Shown one piece after another: positions 61,771 to 64,000 of a stretch of 64,000 bases of DNA. Each line of letters opens with the position of its first letter. Position 1 is the first letter of the stretch. The DNA is taken from positions 101-64,100 of the forward strand of contig JAUSEK010000001.1 in NCBI GenBank assembly GCA_030650275.1. Reading direction: 5' to 3'. The position numbers and the translations under genes are program-made. The notes under the pieces were generated by a model that was given only the letters and a program-made list of their open reading frames with translations, was not told the origin of the DNA and searched no databases. This DNA is from Candidatus Omnitrophota bacterium. GTDB taxonomy: Bacteria; Omnitrophota; Gorgyraeia; Zapsychrales; Fredricksoniimonadaceae.

Positions 61771-62567
61771 TTTTTCACCGTAAGCCCCTCTTTGGTAATG
61801 ACAACCCTTTTGGCCCCGCGCTCGGCGCCGCCTAAGGACCCGATATGCCTGCCGTTGACCTCCAGGTCCAGCTCATTGATGTTCTTGCCGGAAAGTTCGA
61901 TCCGGTCCTGGGCAGACCAGGATTCCGTGGTCCCCTTTTTCATCCGGTCCTCGAATACGATCTTGTCGTCGGTCTTGACCCTGATCCAGGTGTTCCTGGG
62001 AACCCGCACAGCCAATGTCACCTTGGCGCTGTTGCTTTGGGTCCTGATGATCTGCGATCTGTGGGCAGCGGGTTCTTCGGCCCGCTGTATTTTCTTTCCG
62101 CCAGAGGCGGATCCGCCTTTGGCGGAGACAGGCACGTGTTTCTTGAACGCATCGACCGCGCATCCGCCGACTTTGAGGACCACCACAACAGCCAGAACAA
62201 TGCCGATCCAACGGACCATCATGGACCGGTTTTTAGAACTGAATATTTCGCGTTTGGACTGATAAAAACGGGACGACGGGGCGACAACCACCGGCCTGCC
62301 TGGCAAGGGAGGTTTTGGCTGCTGGACCTCGTAACGGGAAAGGACCTCAACAGGGTCGAGCCCTAAGAATTCCGCGTAAATCTTCAGGAAACCCCGGTAA
62401 TAGAACGGGGTCAGCATGCGCACGGAATACCCCTCTTCAATGGCCTTGAGCGCGTCTAAAGGGATCTTGGTGGCCTCGTGGACAATGTCCAGGGTCAGCC
62501 CTTTGGCTTCGCGGGTTGTTTTCAGCAGAGAATTATGCGTTTTCTGCGGCGTTGGTTCCGGCATCAC
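61767..62567 (-). CDS. rodZ: RodZ-like cytoskeleton protein (N-terminal HTH, TM, C-terminal DUF4115-like)
   Basis: XRE-type HTH (GLTLDIVHEATKIPLDALKAIEEG), single TM, beta-rich C-terminal domain. Confidence 0.65.
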   Translation of the reverse strand: MMPEPTPQKTHNSLLKTTREAKGLTLDIVHEATKIPLDALKAIEEGYSVRMLTPFYYRGFLKIYAEFLGLDPVEVLSRYEVQQPKPPLPGRPVVVAPSSRFYQSKREIFSSKNRSMMVRWIGIVLAVVVVLKVGGCAVDAFKKHVPVSAKGGSASGGKKIQRAEEPAAHRSQIIRTQSNSAKVTLAVRVPRNTWIRVKTDDKIVFEDRMKKGTTESWSAQDRIELSGKNINELDLEVNGRHIGSLGGAERGAKRVVITKEGLTVKK

Positions 62568-64000
62568 TTGGAATGTTCCCCATATTGTCTAAAAGCCACT
62601 TTTCGCGGTCCACGAGGATGTCCCGCGCCTTGCTGCCGGCATAAGTGCCGACAATGCCTTTTTGTTCCATGATATCGATCAGACGCGCCGCGCGCGAATA
62701 TCCCAGGCGCAGGCGCCTTTGCAAAATGGACACCGAGGCCTGGTTGGTCTCTATGACCACGCGCACGGCCTCGTCATACATTGCGTCATCATTTTCCAGC
62801 CCTGCCCCGCCGGAGGAGGATACGGTTTTAAGGACGTTCTCATTATACTCGGGATTGCCCTGACCCTTGATGAAGGCAATGACGCGGGAGATCTCCTCAT
62901 CGGAAACAAAACAGCATTGCCCGCGCGTGGGCTTGCCGTCGCCGGGCTTCATAAAGAGCAGGTCCCCCTTGCCCAACAGGTCCTGCGCGCCGTTGCCATC
63001 CAGCACCGTGCGCGAATCCACCTTGGAGGCGACCTTAAAAGAAATGCGCGCCGGAAAATTGGCCTTGATGATGCCGGTGACGACATCCACCGACGGGCGC
63101 TGGGTGGCCAGGATCAGGTGAATGCCGACCGCGCGGGCCAACTGGGACAAACGGGCGATGGCGCCTTCAATGCTTCTGGCCGAGACCTGCATCAGGTCCG
63201 CCAACTCATCAACGACGATGACAATGTAAGGCATTTGATGGCCTTTGGCCTGATAACCCTTGATATTGCGCACCTGTTCTTTGGCCAGAAGTTTGTAGCG
63301 CTGTTCCATTTCCCCCACCACCCAGTTGAGGGCCGAGGTAACTTTCTTGACATCCGTGACAACCGGACAGATCAAATGCGGCAGGTCATTATAAGGGGCC
63401 AGCTCAACCATCTTGGGGTCCACCATGATGAATTTCACTTCCGAGGGCGACGCGTTAAAAAGGATGGACATGATCAAACCGTTGAGGCACACGGTCTTGC
63501 CCGAACCGGTGGTGCCCGCGACCAAAAGATGGGGCATGTCACAGAGGTCCGCGATCAAAGGCTGGCCGGACGTGTCTTTTCCGACGGCGAGCATGAGTTT
63601 CGAGTCCGAAGAACGCGCCACGCTCTTGCCCAGGACGTCTTTCAGATAAACGGAAGCGGACAAACCGTTGGGCACCTCGACACCGACGCGGTTCTTGCCC
63701 GGGATGGGGGCCAGGATGCGCACCGCCGGGACGCTCAAGGCCAGGGCGATGTCGTCGGACAAACTGGAAATGCGCTGGATCTTCACCCCGGGCGCGGGCT
63801 GAAGTTCATAGCGCGTGATGACCGGCCCGCGCTCGATGTCCACCACCTTGACATTGACCCCGAAATCCGCCAGCGTTTCCTCCAGCATCTTGGCCCCGCC
63901 CATCAGGGCGCTTTGAATGACGCCGGCAGCCACCTGCGGCGGATCATTGAGAAGGTCTAAGGCCGGCAAATGATATTCCCCCACTGTTTTGGGCTTTTGC
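62533..64000 (-). CDS. ftsK: DNA translocase FtsK (linker, motor and gamma domains; N-terminus beyond window)
   Basis: Walker A GTTGSGKT, Walker B IVVDELADLM and the C-terminal winged-helix gamma domain. Frame stays open to position 64000. Confidence 0.9.
   Translation of the reverse strand, partial: QKPKTVGEYHLPALDLLNDPPQVAAGVIQSALMGGAKMLEETLADFGVNVKVVDIERGPVITRYELQPAPGVKIQRISSLSDDIALALSVPAVRILAPIPGKNRVGVEVPNGLSASVYLKDVLGKSVARSSDSKLMLAVGKDTSGQPLIADLCDMPHLLVAGTTGSGKTVCLNGLIMSILFNASPSEVKFIMVDPKMVELAPYNDLPHLICPVVTDVKKVTSALNWVVGEMEQRYKLLAKEQVRNIKGYQAKGHQMPYIVIVVDELADLMQVSARSIEGAIARLSQLARAVGIHLILATQRPSVDVVTGIIKANFPARISFKVASKVDSRTVLDGNGAQDLLGKGDLLFMKPGDGKPTRGQCCFVSDEEISRVIAFIKGQGNPEYNENVLKTVSSSGGAGLENDDAMYDEAVRVVIETNQASVSILQRRLRLGYSRAARLIDIMEQKGIVGTYAGSKARDILVDREKWLLDNMGNIPSDAGTNAAENA

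Overview
This is a 64 kb bacterial chromosomal segment of moderately high GC content (estimated by eye at about 58%), with nearly all genes on the minus strand. Nothing here resembles an rRNA gene, a CRISPR array or a transposase.

Conserved housekeeping blocks, by coordinate:
- 2817-4910: iscA-thiC pair.
- 6742-8958: Fur-family regulator, MntH and UspA, followed by an inositol-monophosphatase-family gene.
- 11256-16745: beta-oxidation cluster (PaaK-like CoA ligase, thiolase, FadJ/FadB).
- 17343-25210: gcvT-gcvH-gcvPA-gcvPB, a lipoate ligase, split transketolase and transaldolase, all co-directional.
- 25686-41531: complete dcw cell-division/peptidoglycan cluster, mraZ-rsmH-ftsL-ftsI-murE-murF-mraY-murD-ftsW-murG-[secreted HExxH protein]-murC-ddl-ftsQ-ftsA. 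No ftsZ follows ftsA and there is no murB in the cluster.
- 41684-44583: rbfA-nrnA-truB-ribF.
- 45297-48792: xerD, a lipoprotein, ligA and tRNA-Pro(CGG).
- 52291-57335: ribBA-ribH-nusB-PHP-ribD-ribE-fabZ.
- 57431-64000: membrane-lipid genes (pgsA, pgpA), rimO, rodZ and the 3' two-thirds of ftsK.

Accessory content:
- A low-GC island of about 3.5 kb (roughly 48.8-52.3 kb) lies between tRNA-Pro and fabZ. It carries an orphan 403-aa protein of unknown function, arrays of GGCACA/TGCACA heptamer repeats with nested palindromes, and an MNT(wHTH)-HEPN toxin-antitoxin pair.
- An RHH-PIN (VapBC-like) toxin-antitoxin module sits at 10.3-10.9 kb.
- Two families of dispersed palindromic repeats are present.
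- A 614-aa hypothetical protein at 969-2813 has weak glutamate-synthase-FMN-domain-like motifs.

Several near-consensus sigma70 promoters sit so close to their start codons that the transcripts would be leaderless (iscA, ribBA). The mraZ promoter is followed by four 10-bp-phased AAGTGG repeats.

No TPP, FMN or glycine riboswitch was found upstream of thiC, ribBA or gcvT. All assignments rest on reading the translated ORFs and the sequence by eye; no database searches were run.
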